Shown here piece by piece: positions 1 to 12,336 of a stretch of 64,000 nucleotides of DNA. Where the stretch lies: contig NC_068986.1 in NCBI RefSeq assembly GCF_001194135.2, positions 103,189,384 through 103,253,383 of the forward strand. Direction: 5' to 3'. Source of the stretch: Octopus bimaculoides. Its lineage: Eukaryota. The position numbers were made by a program, and so were the translations under genes. The notes below the pieces were generated by a model, which was not told the origin of the DNA, ran no database searches, and was given only the letters and a program-made list of their open reading frames with translations. The stretch's first letter is position 1; every line of letters starts with the position of its first letter.

Positions 1-671
1 TAAAAATATGACGGTAAAATTGCTGCATAATTAAACTTGATCGCATTAATAATGATGTGTTTAGAAAACCCGTAGAGATGGCAAAAATTACACAGAAATG
101 TAGCAGTTTATATTTTATGGAATTTTGTTCTGTGATTGGCATTTGCGCATTGAATTAATTACTTCATTTTGTAGGCAACAAATTTTTCAATAAAAGCAGT
201 GATTATTTCTCTCTATAATACTGAAGCATGAATTATGTTAGTTTTAAAATAAAAATAAAAAAGATACCAAAATAAATATTTCTTATTCAGATACAATCTT
301 TCAATTTGTTCAAAGTTAACTAACTGTTGACAGTTAGAACACTGTTCCCTCAGAAAATGCAACGCAGTGTAAAGCCTTTGAACAAAACGCTTCGGCAAAT
401 ATCACAAACTACCATCGTGTTAAAATTGATCATAATTAAGATATTGCAATGGGCAATGCATATGAGCCTAGTACAGCTTAACATGACTCTATTCTCTTGT
501 CCATCTCTAAAATGTATTATATAATGTATCCGTTGTATATTACATTAATCAGATAATATCTGTACATATTGATTAATTTTAAAATTTGTTGTTTGTGAAA
601 AGCTGCTATCACTAATGACAGCAGAAACTGCAAAACTAGTAGCGATAATTAACGTTACTATAATTTTTGAT

Positions 672-690
672 TTTATTATTATTATTATTA

Positions 691-724
<34 letters not shown>

Positions 725-783
725 CATCATTATTATTATTATTGTTATTATTACTATTATTATTATTATTATTATTATTATTG
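672..783. repeat. (ATT)n/(TAA)n microsatellite forming the 3' tail or target of the adjacent R4/Dong element
   Basis: About 37 ATT units with few interruptions, directly abutting the 3' end of the minus-strand LINE. Confidence 0.95.
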
Positions 784-2222
784 TTCAGTAGTTTTATTTT
801 TATAACGTGCTTTCACTTCACTACCGAGCGCAGCTCAGTGCGCCTTGGGTATGTGCTGTGGTTTGCTGTGGTGCTCTTATGTTTACTGTATTGAAAGTGT
901 TTTGCGTAGAATGTGTGCAGTACTCAGTAGTGCAATTTTCTGTATGTTATATATATTTGTAAGTCCTGGTGTTTTTGTTATGTATTTGTCTGAATATTTT
1001 TTTTATTATACCTAAGGCACCTACTATGATAGGAATTGTTTNNNNNNNNNNNNNNNNNNNNNNNNNNNNNNNNNNNNNNNNNNNNNNNNNNNNNNNNNNN
1101 NNNNNNNNNNNNNNNNNNNNNNNNNNNNNNNNNNNNNNNNNNNNNNNNNNNNNNNNNNNNNNNNNNNNNNNNNNNNNNNNNNNNNNNNNNNNNNNNNNNN
1201 NNNNNNNNNNNNNNNNNNNNNNNNNNNNNNNNNNNNNNNNNNNNNNNNNNNNNNNNNNNNNNNNNNNNNNNNNNNNNNNNNNNNNNNNNNNNNNNNNNNN
1301 NNNNNNNNNNNNNNNNNNNNNNNNNNNNNNNNNNNNNNNNNNNNNNNNNNNNNNNNNNNNNNNNNNNNNNNNNNNNNNNNNNNNNNNNNNNNNNNNNNNN
1401 NNNNNNNNNNNNNNNNNNNNNNNNNNNNNNNNNNNNNNNNNNNNNNNNNNNNNNNNNNNNNNNNNNNNNNNNNNNNNNNNNNNNNNNNNNNNNNNNNNNN
1501 NNNNNNNNNNNNNNNNNNNNNNNNNNNNNNNNNNNNNNNNNNNNNNNNNNNNNNNNNNNNNNNNNNNNNNNNNNNNNNNNNNNNNNNNNNNNNNNNNNNN
1601 NNNNNNNNNNNNNNNNNNNNNNNNNNNNNNNNNNNNNNNNNNNNNNNNNNNNNNNNNNNNNNNNNNNNNNNNNNNNNNNNNNNNNNNNNNNNNNNNNNNN
1701 NNNNNNNNNNNNNNNNNNNNNNNNNNNNNNNNNNNNNNNNNNNNNNNNNNNNNNNNNNNNNNNNNNNNNNNNNNNNNNNNNNNNNNNNNNNNNNNNNNNN
1801 NNNNNNNNNNNNNNNNNNNNNNNNNNNNNNNNNNNNNNNNNNNNNNNNNNNNCATTATTTTTCTTGTTTTCCTGTCTATTTTACATAGTTCGTTTAGTGT
1901 CCAGTTAAGGATATTGTAGCTGTAGCTTATAACTGGGACAGCTAAAGTGTTGATGCCCATTATCTTGTTTTTAGCATTGAGCTATGTTTTTAGTATTGAT
2001 CTAACTCGTCTATAGTACTCTTTCTTTATTTTTTCTTTCATTTGTGTATGTTGTATCCTATCTAGTTCATTGACTCCTAAATACTTATATGGTTGGCTTT
2101 CGTCTAGGTCTCTTATTTCATTGGCTTTATCTAGTGTTATATTGCTACTTTTAACTAATTTTCCTCTTTTCAGGGTTGCTTTGGCACATTTTTCTAATCC
2201 GAATTTCATATCTATTATTTAT
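784..2222 (-). mobile_element. 5'-truncated R4/Dong-clade non-LTR retrotransposon (RT C-terminus plus RLE endonuclease end), inactivated; middle lies in an assembly gap
   Basis: Minus strand reads MKFGLEKCAK...YKYLGV...KEYYRRVRSILKT*LNAKNKIMGINTLAVPVISYS...DRKTRKIM [gap 1042-1852] TIPIIVGALGIIKK, then after a frameshift ...IQKIALLSTAHILRKTLSIQ*, followed by a short 3'UTR and (TAA)n. These are characteristic R4/Dong RT-thumb and RLE C-terminal motifs. There is an in-frame TAG at 1982-1984. Confidence 0.9.
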
Positions 2223-2242
2223 TTATTATTTATTATTTACTA

Positions 2243-2298
<56 letters not shown>
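2223..2298. repeat. (ATT)n microsatellite on the 5' flank of the R4/Dong insertion
   Basis: Direct reading; same repeat unit as 672-783. Confidence 0.9.
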
Positions 2299-2524
2299 GT
2301 GTTGTTGTTGATGTCGTCGTTTTTGCTGTTGTTGTTATTTCCATTTCACTCCCCAGAGTTGTTGGTTTCACTTGTTCTGGCTAATTCTGTAAGAAGGAAC
2401 AACGATCTGTTGTCAAGAATCTCACAGGCTTTCTTTTCACGATACTTAACATCCAAGTATCAACCACAAAAGCCGCGCTGTCCCCAACAGAACCGTTCCT
2501 GGGGTGTATTCATCCCTCATGTCA

Positions 2525-2740
2525 ATTCCAGTTCTTCATGATCTCAAGATTGTGATTTCGGTTCCTGCGACTGTATGTACATGTGTTTTTGAGCAAAATG
2601 CGTCATTTCACATTGCACTAGCTTACGCAACTGTAAATAAATAAGTTGCAACATACTGGCGTAGCGTCTACAAAAACGCTATGATTTGGGGTCACGTATG
2701 CGTCATGGAAACAGGGTAACTTGCTCTATGAGCCCTAGGA
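2525..2740 (+). mobile_element. Decayed SINE family D copy
   Basis: GATTGTGATTTCGGTTCC...TGTTTTTGAGCAAAATGCGTCATTTCACATTGC...GGAAACAGGGTAACTTGCTCTATGAGCC aligns by eye to the reverse complement of the SINE D copy at 49710-49973. Confidence 0.55.
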
Positions 2741-2821
2741 CCAAAGACCATAACAGCCACAGATTGATAATGACGAAATGGCTTCCACAACATCATTTTG
2801 AAAAATTTGTTTGTCTTTTAT

Positions 2822-3015
2822 CTTTTACACTTGACGTGTTTCAGTCATTAGATGGCGGCCATGCTGGGACTTCGCTTTGAAACTTTTTGGTAGTCAAATG
2901 AATCGCGCCCAGTACTTAAGTTTTTTTTTAAATCTTACTACTTATGTTGGTCTCTTTTAATAAACAGCTAAATTACAGGGACGGAAGCACACCAACAGTG
3001 TCACCCAGACTCAAA

Positions 3016-3062
<47 letters not shown>

Positions 3063-3653
3063 NNNNNNNNNNNNNNNNNNNNNNNNNNNNNNNNNNNNNN
3101 NNNNNNNNNNNNNNNNNNNNNNNNNNNNNNNNNNNNNNNNNNNNNNNNNNNNNNNNNNNNNNNNNNNNNNNNNNNNNNNNNNNNNNNNNNNNNNNNNNNN
3201 NNNNNNNNNNNNNNNNNNNNNNNNNNNNNNNNNNNNNNNNNNNNNNNNNNNNNNNNNNNNNNNNNNNNNNNNNNNNNNNNNNNNNNNNNNNNNNNNNNNN
3301 NNNNNNNNNNNNNNNNNNNNNNNNNNNNNNNNNNNNNNNNNNNNNNNNNNNNNNNNNNNNNNNNNNNNNNNNNNNNNNNNNNNNNNNNNNNNNNNNNNNN
3401 NNNNNNNNNNNNNNNNNNNNNNNNNNNNNNNNNNNNNNNNNNNTATATATATATATATATATATATATATGCAGACATATACATATATTATACACGTGAC
3501 GGGATTTCTTCAGTTTTCCTCTGTCAAATCCACGAACAAGGCTTGGGTCGGCCAGAGTATATATATACGAAGTCATTTGGTCAGGTTTCCACTCAGTGGG
3601 ACTGAATCTGAAACCCCATGTGTTGGGCAGTAAGGTTCTTACATCTGCACCTT
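2822..3653 (-). mobile_element. tRNA-derived SINE family B, with an internal (AT)n expansion and assembly gap
   Basis: Head and core at 3490-3653 (reverse complement ...CAGTCCCACTGAGTGG...CCTTGTTCGTGGATTTG) and tail at 2822-3010 (...CCAGCATGGCCGCC...AATGACTGAAAC) flank (AT)n plus N run. Same architecture as 26893-27290. Confidence 0.75.
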
Positions 3654-4395
3654 TCTAGACCTATTTTCATATTTCTTCTAGCGGGTGCTCTTTGTACAAT
3701 TAGAGCTGTGTTATTTTTTTAAGATCCGCTGGAATTTGTATACACTGTGTTAACTGCGTTGTTTGCGTTATCTCTCTCGTTGCCATACGTTAATTACGTA
3801 TGAAAGATATTGTTACATATATAGAGTGAGAATAAAATATCTCGACTGCCAGTAGCTTGACCAGCTGTATAATAGAGTCAGATATCAACTGTGTAATAAC
3901 GGAACAACTGTTTCTGTAGCTCTATTGCATTAAATTCGTTTTGCGTAAAATGTAGGCTGAGACAAGTAGGCTATCTTTCAAAACCTACAAGAACTTCTTT
4001 GAGTTTCGTTATATACTTTTGTACTTAATTATAATCATACCTAGAGCATAGCTAACTGGATTTTCCCGCCCCAGGTTATTTCACTTTCAAAAATCATTTA
4101 AAATGGCAGCTTCTCTACATTATGTGCAAGGTTACAGACAGAATGGATCAAGATAGTTATTAGAATACAAGCATTTTTGTTCCAACCCTTTAAAATTGTA
4201 ATCTAGAGTAACTTGCACGTCTTGTCAGTCTAAATAAGCTTGTCCCAAATGATTGTGGCCAGGGCTTTGTCATGTGCTGTGTTACTCTTTTTATTCTTCT
4301 CTGCCGCTTTTCCCCTCCCTGTTTCTCACACATGCACACACACACACTCATATACTCTCTCTTTCTATCTCTCATACACTCAGACACACACACTT

Positions 4396-4397
<2 letters not shown>

Positions 4398-4448
<51 letters not shown>

Positions 4449-4595
4449 NNNNNNNNNNNNNNNNNNNNNNNNNNNNNNNNNNNNNNNNNNNNNNNNNNNN
4501 NNNNNNNNNNNNNNNNNNNNNNNNNNNNNNNNNNNNNNNNNNNNNNNNNNNNNNNNNNNNNNNNNNNNNNNNNNNNNNNNNNNNNNNNNNNNNNN

Positions 4596-4645
<50 letters not shown>
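4398..4645. repeat. (CT)n microsatellite spanning an assembly gap
   Basis: Direct reading. Confidence 0.9.
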
Positions 4646-4647
<2 letters not shown>

Positions 4648-6805
4648 AAACTATCACACTAGCACACTCTCTCACACACACATGCACGCGCTCTCTCTCT
4701 CACAGTCATCTTCATCCTCTTTGCGAAATTTATTCAGTATTGTTCGGCGCCTTATTCTTCTCTCATTCATCATATTTTCAAACAAGAATGTCGTTAGATT
4801 CATCATAGTTTTCATCTGATATTTATTGATAGTTAGTGTTTGTTGTCATGTATTTCCCCTCTGATGCATAAATACTACTTCATCGCAAGAAATGACCACT
4901 CGAAGGTCTCTGCAACTATAAACATCTAGACTACCTGAGTCTTTGAACGTAAGCCTCAGCAGCCATGAAAGCAACACAAACCGGAGTATAAGCACCAATT
5001 ACAACAACAGCAGAATAAAATTTAACAGCCATTGAACATCAATAACCCAAAGACCCTCTCAACTTACGTATTTATTCGAAAAGACAACAGGGAATTGAAG
5101 AAATACGTTAAAACAAAACAGTGACAATACTTACGCAAAGCAAAGTCTTTGATGTGTCCACTGTCAAACACACGTCCAACAAGCGAATTCTGGACAGGTG
5201 AATACAAGAGATGCGTTTCAAGAGCCCTTAACAAGCAGTGCATCTAGATAAGAATAAGCAACTTATTTAACTTCCTTGAAAATGACATAAGCAGTTAATG
5301 TAGTATGAAAATACAAATCAGTAGAAATGATCACCGTAGGACTATGTGAAGATCAGCATGGAAATGAAAAGACCCAACGTTTCCTCTGCGTGTCACAAAA
5401 GGTGACTGTAAAGGTTAACTTACGATTTGCTCTCTGACCTTATAAAACCATAACCAACAACGTCTATTTAAACAGACACATGGATTGGATGTTTGTCACT
5501 TCATTGGTGCAAAGGTGTCATCCGCCAGGAGTATGGAATCACCAACAAATGGTGGATGCAGGATGCGATGTTACAGCGGATGCACATTTGCTGTTGTTGC
5601 AGCTGCTGCTGCTAATACTATTATTATTATCACTATTATTACTAGTACCACCACCAGCACTATTTCTACAACTATTTCTCCAATTACCGTATATAATGAA
5701 CAAATAAGAATAAAAGATAAATTATACCAAGGCTCAGGACGTTACAAACGGTCCAAAATTAAACCTGCTACACCCAACACGTAATACGCGAAAAGTGTAC
5801 ACTAGAATAATACAGAATTCAAAACACATGTACAACAGAATCATCACCAAACTGTATAACATAATACATACTCTCCCAGTCACCTAAACTAATTACGCCA
5901 CACGATCGCGTATATATTTGTGAACCCTGCAATCGAATATCAATGGCTACTATACCTTATGTTATACAGAGCGATCATTCATTCAAATAACTGAATATGC
6001 ATAGTCTTCCTAATCTTCATATTACTCTTCATAATCTCGTGCCAACAGTAAAACATATAATACTAAGCACACAGTATGTGCAAAACGTAAAAAGCCCTCC
6101 TCTGCCCAGCAAAATGAAACATGACTTGTTACGTTGTTTGTTCAACAGTTGAGACACAAAAGCAACATGAAAGTCAACACTCTTTGTACTCTGACAAATC
6201 AGGGCGAATGTAATGTGCAAACGATCTTCATTTGCAAAAGACAATACTACACTATCCCCAGGAACGCTGAAGTAATCTCATGACACATAATGAAACCCAT
6301 GGAGACTGGTTATCGTATATTTCGAAATACCTGTACTTTTGAGAAAAATCGGCGGAATGAGTACTGTGAAATTATGGTAGTCAGTGGAAAATCCATAGTT
6401 TCTGATTGTTGTCTTTCAGTAAAAACTTAACAGGGGAGAAATGAAAGAAAAACAGCAGACATTTGGATTCTTTATGTTTGATAAATTGTTCGAAACATTA
6501 TGTTTTCAACTCCCTACGGCAATTTCACTACGCTCTTTCAATCTATATTACTATAAAAGTTTAAGCGTACAGTGACACGACCAAATATTGCAAGGTATTA
6601 TTTCTTTTCGGGCTATATTGACTCTTTAAATCCGACTTACTTAAACTGGATATCTAATGTTTTTACTCGGTTATGCTTGCTATAGGTGTCTGGCATCAAC
6701 AAATCTGACCCTCTTCTGTAAGACCAAACTGAAATTCCTGATTGTAGGCAGTTTCACCTATAATTAACTTATACCGAAATATAATCACTATAACCTTTTA
6801 GCATA

Positions 6806-8900
6806 GGTTTTTGCACGTTTGTCATCCAATTTCATAATCAGGTCATTCGACAAAACAATTTAGCATTTACATCATTCAAATTAAAATGGCCGTCGAGAGA
6901 AATCAAATTAGTCGGAATGCAAGGAATCGTCTTTTCGAGCATTTAAATTCGCACCTGAGCATTCAAGTTCGGAATAATTTTATTCAATTTAGTAATAATT
7001 TTATGTGTGATTTTACTCACATTCTCAGACACGAATGTTAAAAATGACAAATTTAAACCGGATGTTTTGCCATGCAAATTTTATTGAGGCTGGAACTACA
7101 AGGAATAAATAAAGAAATAAATTACGTGATTCTTCTGTCCACGAAAGTCTTTTTCATTGTAACATTCGTAACCGGTCGGTATTGGTGGTATTTTATATCC
7201 CTTTCTCTTACACCAACCTGTAATCATGGAGCCCCGCGTAAGATACATGCGTATATAGGACGAAAACAGGGCAAGGCTGGCTGACGCCTTCAAGGGGCAT
7301 CAAACTGATTGCCTGCAAATGATGGATACATTTGGTATTAAAAAGAGTACTGCCCGATCCATAGTAGCTAACTACCTACGGTCTGAGAGGTGTCACAATT
7401 TGCCCAGAAGAGGTGCTCACCACGTTAAGGTTGATTAGAAAATGCGAGCCAGGCTTCAGTTAATTATTGATGCCAACCCACTCGGAAACCTTCAACACAT
7501 GAAGAGTGACTTAGAGGTAGGATTGCCCGTAAAGTCGCCTGTTTCGGTGTCTGCAATCTCACAGGCTCTAGGTGGGATGTTGATAATTATGAAGTTGGCC
7601 GAATACGTCCCAGATGCAAGAAATGCACCAAGAACTCTGGGAAAGCGTTATCACTGGGCACATTGGTTCATGGAAGAGAATTGTATTCATTTATGAATGT
7701 GGGTACTGCATTTGGACCACGCGGTCTTTTGGACGAGGTCCACGATGCGTTCCTGTTCGCTGAGTTGTCAACCGACAGCGTGAGAAAAACTGCAAATGTC
7801 ATTTTCTCGGTGTCGGGAGAAATCGACGTGATTCACCGTACCACTGCGAACGATACCGTTACGCGAAACTCTTTCGATAAGTTCTTGGCGGAAACAGCTC
7901 AAGCATGTGCCGACATGTCCCCAGCGGATGAATCCGTCTACTTGATCTACGACAACGCACAGCTACACGTTCGTGCCGAGCTCCCAGATGACCCATGGAT
8001 CAGTCTGAAACTCCTGCCTCCCTACTCGCCGTTTCTTAACTCTACAGAAATGGCGCAATCTGGCTCTAAGGCGGCTATCAACTCGAACTGAGTTGCAGGA
8101 AAGGGATGGCGACCGGTCAGCTGGAGAAAAAGCCTGCATGACCATGGAAGAATGACGAGCACATGTCATACAACAGTTCATCGCAAGTCGTAACATCGAA
8201 GCTCTCACTCCAGAAAATTGTGTTCGTTGAAATAGACACACCCAGACCTGCCTCCTGAGATGCCTCACCCGCCATGAAATATACGGATATATCCTATCAG
8301 TGTACATAGCATTCTTTCCCTGATGAAAAAAAAAGGCAAAATCAAAGATATATATATACTTTTCCCAACAACACATTACACAAAACAAGAACACATAACA
8401 TAACATAATGTATTCAGAATCAAAGAGGATGAGTATTTGTTGAAAAGGGTGGGTTTCTTTAAAAAGAGTGAAAAGGCTGCAATGCGATTTCATTTAACAA
8501 TTAATACATGTACCTACGCAAAAATAAAAGAATACATAGAAAAGACAAGAGTACGATAGAGTGCTTGAAGCATAAACAATGGATGAAAACACATAGTTAT
8601 AATAACAATGATCATGAGATAAAATGAAAACAGCTATCGTGCTAATTCGATTGCTCCAAGTATTAAATAGATTGCTCCGAAACGAATTTGAATGCTCGAA
8701 AAGACGCTAATTTGAATGCTCTCGACGGGTATTTTAATTTGAATTATGTAAATGCTAAATTCTTTGACCGAACTGTGAAATTGAATAAATCGAAAAATGA
8801 ATCTAAATGGCTAACTTCATGGCGATAATTTTTTTTCGCGACTTTGAATGACCCAATTATCAAATTGAATGAAACCTTATGAAAAAGACTGCAAAAAACC
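6806..8900 (+). mobile_element. Full-length IS630-Tc1-mariner (ITm) DNA transposon, about 2.1 kb, with long imperfect TIRs and TA target-site duplication
   Basis: TA|GGTTTTTGCA at 6804-6815 and TGCAAAAAACC|TA at 8890-8902. Inverted blocks AATTTAGCATTTACAT(C/A)ATTCAAATTAAAAT..CCGTCGAGAG and CGTCTTTTCGAGCATT(T/C)AAATTCG occur at about 6856-6950 and, inverted, at about 8683-8763. A DDE transposase remnant lies inside. Confidence 0.9.
7226..8290 (+). pseudogene. Tc1-like DDE transposase pseudogene
   Basis: ATG at 7226 gives an HTH-like N-terminus (FGIKKSTARSIVANY) with two stops. Frameshifts follow; CI.IYECGYCIWTTRSFGR corresponds to the first-Asp region. Catalytic block YLIYDNA...LPPYSPFLNSTE. 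C-terminus ...LTPENCVR*NRHTQTCLLRCLTRHEI. Confidence 0.88.
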
Positions 8901-9285
8901 TATACTATCCCCATTATACTGAATCAAACTTGGAACTACAATTATAACTCTGAAATGGTCGATTTTGAGGAATGCATTTCACATGCCTTCACCTCAGTAC
9001 ACCATAGGCAACCTATTCTTCTCAAATTTTTCAACAATTCTTTTCATCTAACATTTCGTTGCATCTAAAAATTAGTGTAATACCTGCAAGCTAAAGGCGG
9101 AAAGTACCACACCAAGTGCACCACTGATATGGAGAATCTTCGTGTTAGATCAATAGACTACTTTCAGAATATAATCTTTTCAACGACCAAAGTTATCTTA
9201 AACTTAACCGTCTATTCTCTTTGAAAAACCTTCTGCAAAAGAAACAATATTAGTTTACAAACATATATATTTATACAAATGTATA

Positions 9286-9335
<50 letters not shown>

Positions 9336-10609
9336 CGGGACGGAGGCGTCGGTAGACTAAACGTCGAGTTCGGTAGAGTCGAGTCGCGGAAGTGAGAGTT
9401 GAGTAGAGGTCATCCGCACCTGCGATATAGCAGGGATATTCGAAAGTACTAAACAGAAAGATAAACAGCGACTGATGGGTTAACATAATACGTAGTCTTA
9501 ACAGAAGGATCTCCAGCAATCGCATTCGTAATCTTATTCTATGCAATGTATAAGGGCTCCGATAAAGTTATCCAAGGTACCTAATGGGTATATAAATCCT
9601 GTATTGAATTCATATTGATAATAGAAATATATGGTTCAATATAGATGTCGTATTTTATCCGCCGTAGTTTATCCTCGAAATGGCCATACATTTCCTGCCT
9701 ACCCTATTTTACTTAAACGCCATGGATCTATCCAAAAATATGGTAAAAGCCATCTGTTCAATGTCTAAAACTAAAACCAGAGTTTATTCGGGAATATAAA
9801 AAAAAAACAGATTTGAATTACAAAATTGTTTAGACAATAGATAGTTCGCAGACGCCATCTGCAAAATGTGGTAATTAGATAAATATTATTATTATTCCTT
9901 CACTGATATAATTTTCTTCCCACATTTCAAATATATTTTTAGTTAGTCTGTTAACGTTCCACACATTAAATATTTTAGCTGTAACTTACTTAAAAATTCA
10001 TAAGAAAATATCTGTGAAACATGTGATACTGTGATTTTTTTAAATCCGTTATATTTTATATGCATGTATATCGCATTAATTTCTCTTTATGGTATTACAA
10101 AACGTTACTTATATAACCTTAAATAACATATGTATCCAGACTTATAATGTGATTATTCCCAATTTAACAATGCATAACACATCACACTGTCGCCAGCTTT
10201 TTAGAAGTAGTTTTCTCTGCTCAATAGTCGTTTGATTTTTATATTTATCTATCTCTTTAAAAATCTATATTTTTATATAAGATTTTCTTCATACACATTG
10301 ATTTCCTTATTCGCTGGTATTTTGTGATTTATAATGTCTTTTTGATTTTCATTTCTATCTTTACATAATGTTTTATTATAACTGTGTGCGTACTGGTGTT
10401 TATGTCTATATCTATATACCGATGTGCCTGAGTGTATCCGATGTGGCTACTTTTGGAGAAAGTGTAAATCAGAATGGATCTATGTTCTTGTTGCGGTGAC
10501 ATATCTAAATTCGATATATAGACATGTCTGGCGAATCTAATTCATATTAATATTGACCAATATGTGTTTCTTTTTGTATGTATGCTTATATATGCCAATG
10601 TATATACGC

Positions 10610-10653
<44 letters not shown>

Positions 10654-11602
10654 CGTGTGTGTGTGTGTGTCTGTGTAAATATGTATGTCTCCGTTTATGT
10701 ATGTATCGTCAACTGGACTCGATAGCTAAAGTTGAATTAGATATTTATTTTCTAAATGGTGAGAGTAACTACAATGTTTGGCCAAATCTTGGTTTCCATT
10801 GTATACTAGACGAAAGCCATCAGTCATATACGGACCGGTGAGAGGAATCAATCTGAAACAAGTAGTTATAATGGGTGAAGTAGCATTATTGATACATGAC
10901 AATCCAAAATCCCAATAGAAACGGTCATATTCTATATTTGGCTGAATATGGTAAAAATAAAATATGGTAAAAATAAAATATAAAAATAGAATATATCAGG
11001 TTAACGTTGGATGAAAACTTGCTCGTGTGATTACATAAGATATTCTGATTGTTTATCAATATATGCATTTGAAGAATTGTATATGTTTATAACGGAAATC
11101 ATTTAGGAAAATTCACGATCAGAAAAAGTGTTTTGCGAAGGTTGGTGTTAAATGGCTTTAGGTGACTTGAATATTTTGATCTGGTTCCTATTGAGGAGCA
11201 AAATTGCATTGATCTTGTTTCTATTTCCAACAACAACATCACTTAAGGTCTTGGACTGAGCTAGATCAATCTGGCCACAATATTACTGGCCGCAAGGTGG
11301 ACTGTGGTTGACACTGAACTAGAATACAAAACGTTATGAATTTTGCAAGGTTTCAAAGCATGAAAGTAATTTAAAGTTCAAATATCTGGTGTGCACAAAA
11401 TTTGTACTTTTATAAATATATAATTTGAACGAAACTATATCTGCTAAATGCAAATTAAAATTTTATATTACTGATAATCTTTATATACAATCTATGTCAT
11501 GATATAGAACTAGTATGTGATGTTTTAAGCTGAAATAATCAAGATTAAAGGCTATAATTACGTTAGTGAAACAATTATGATTTTTTTCCTATTCATCTTT
11601 AG

Positions 11603-11704
11603 AGATTACCTACAGAGGATTCCCTCGAAATAAATAAGAAATGCAGGAAGATTTCCCAAGTTAAATTACAAGAAAACTGTAAAAGTACATTTTCACATGC
11701 GATT
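11603..11704 (+). CDS. Candidate internal exon (102 nt, phase 0/0), product unknown
   Basis: TTTTTTTCCTATTCATCTTTAG acceptor, GTGAGT donor, only frame 0 open: RLPTEDSLEINKKCRKISQVKLQENCKSTFSHAI. No homology recognised. Confidence 0.2.
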
Positions 11705-12242
11705 GTGAGTAATTCTCTTTTATTCCCAAGCGGCGTTTAATCAGCATAATCGAAAGTTGTATGAGATAAAATTACATCTGAATGCAATGTACTTTTACTA
11801 TTTCAGTTGAAAAACCATGTGACGTTAGATTAATTTGATAATTATACTGCGTTAGTGAGAAGAGGCGTTTATGCTTTAGTTTAAACATTTTATGTGGCCA
11901 TTCACGGCAACCGGTATAATCTAAAAGAAATGTGAGTAAAATTTGAACTATGGGGATTTGATGTAATGAACCAGTTAGGACTAAACTAGGATAATATATT
12001 ACAAAATTCCGCTGCAGGTATACATACCTCTGGAAAATATACTCACTTACTGTATAACTAGATGAGAACGCCGTTCAGTTGATTAAGCTGAAATACTCAT
12101 AATCAAAGCTAGCGGTTCGAAGTCATGGGTTTTATTTTATGTAACAAGCATGTCGATATTATCTTCTTGCAATTATAAGTATGTGAAGGACTATTGCAAT
12201 TCTACCTGACGTGCCTCTCTCACGCACATATAAACAAACACA

Positions 12243-12279
<37 letters not shown>

Positions 12280-12293
12280 ACACACACACACAC

Positions 12294-12336
<43 letters not shown>

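Noticed and set aside
5485-5784. 99-aa ORF MDVCHFIG...
   Set aside because: It is largely built from decayed trinucleotide repeats (GCT/ATT/ACC), with no recognisable domain or splice support.
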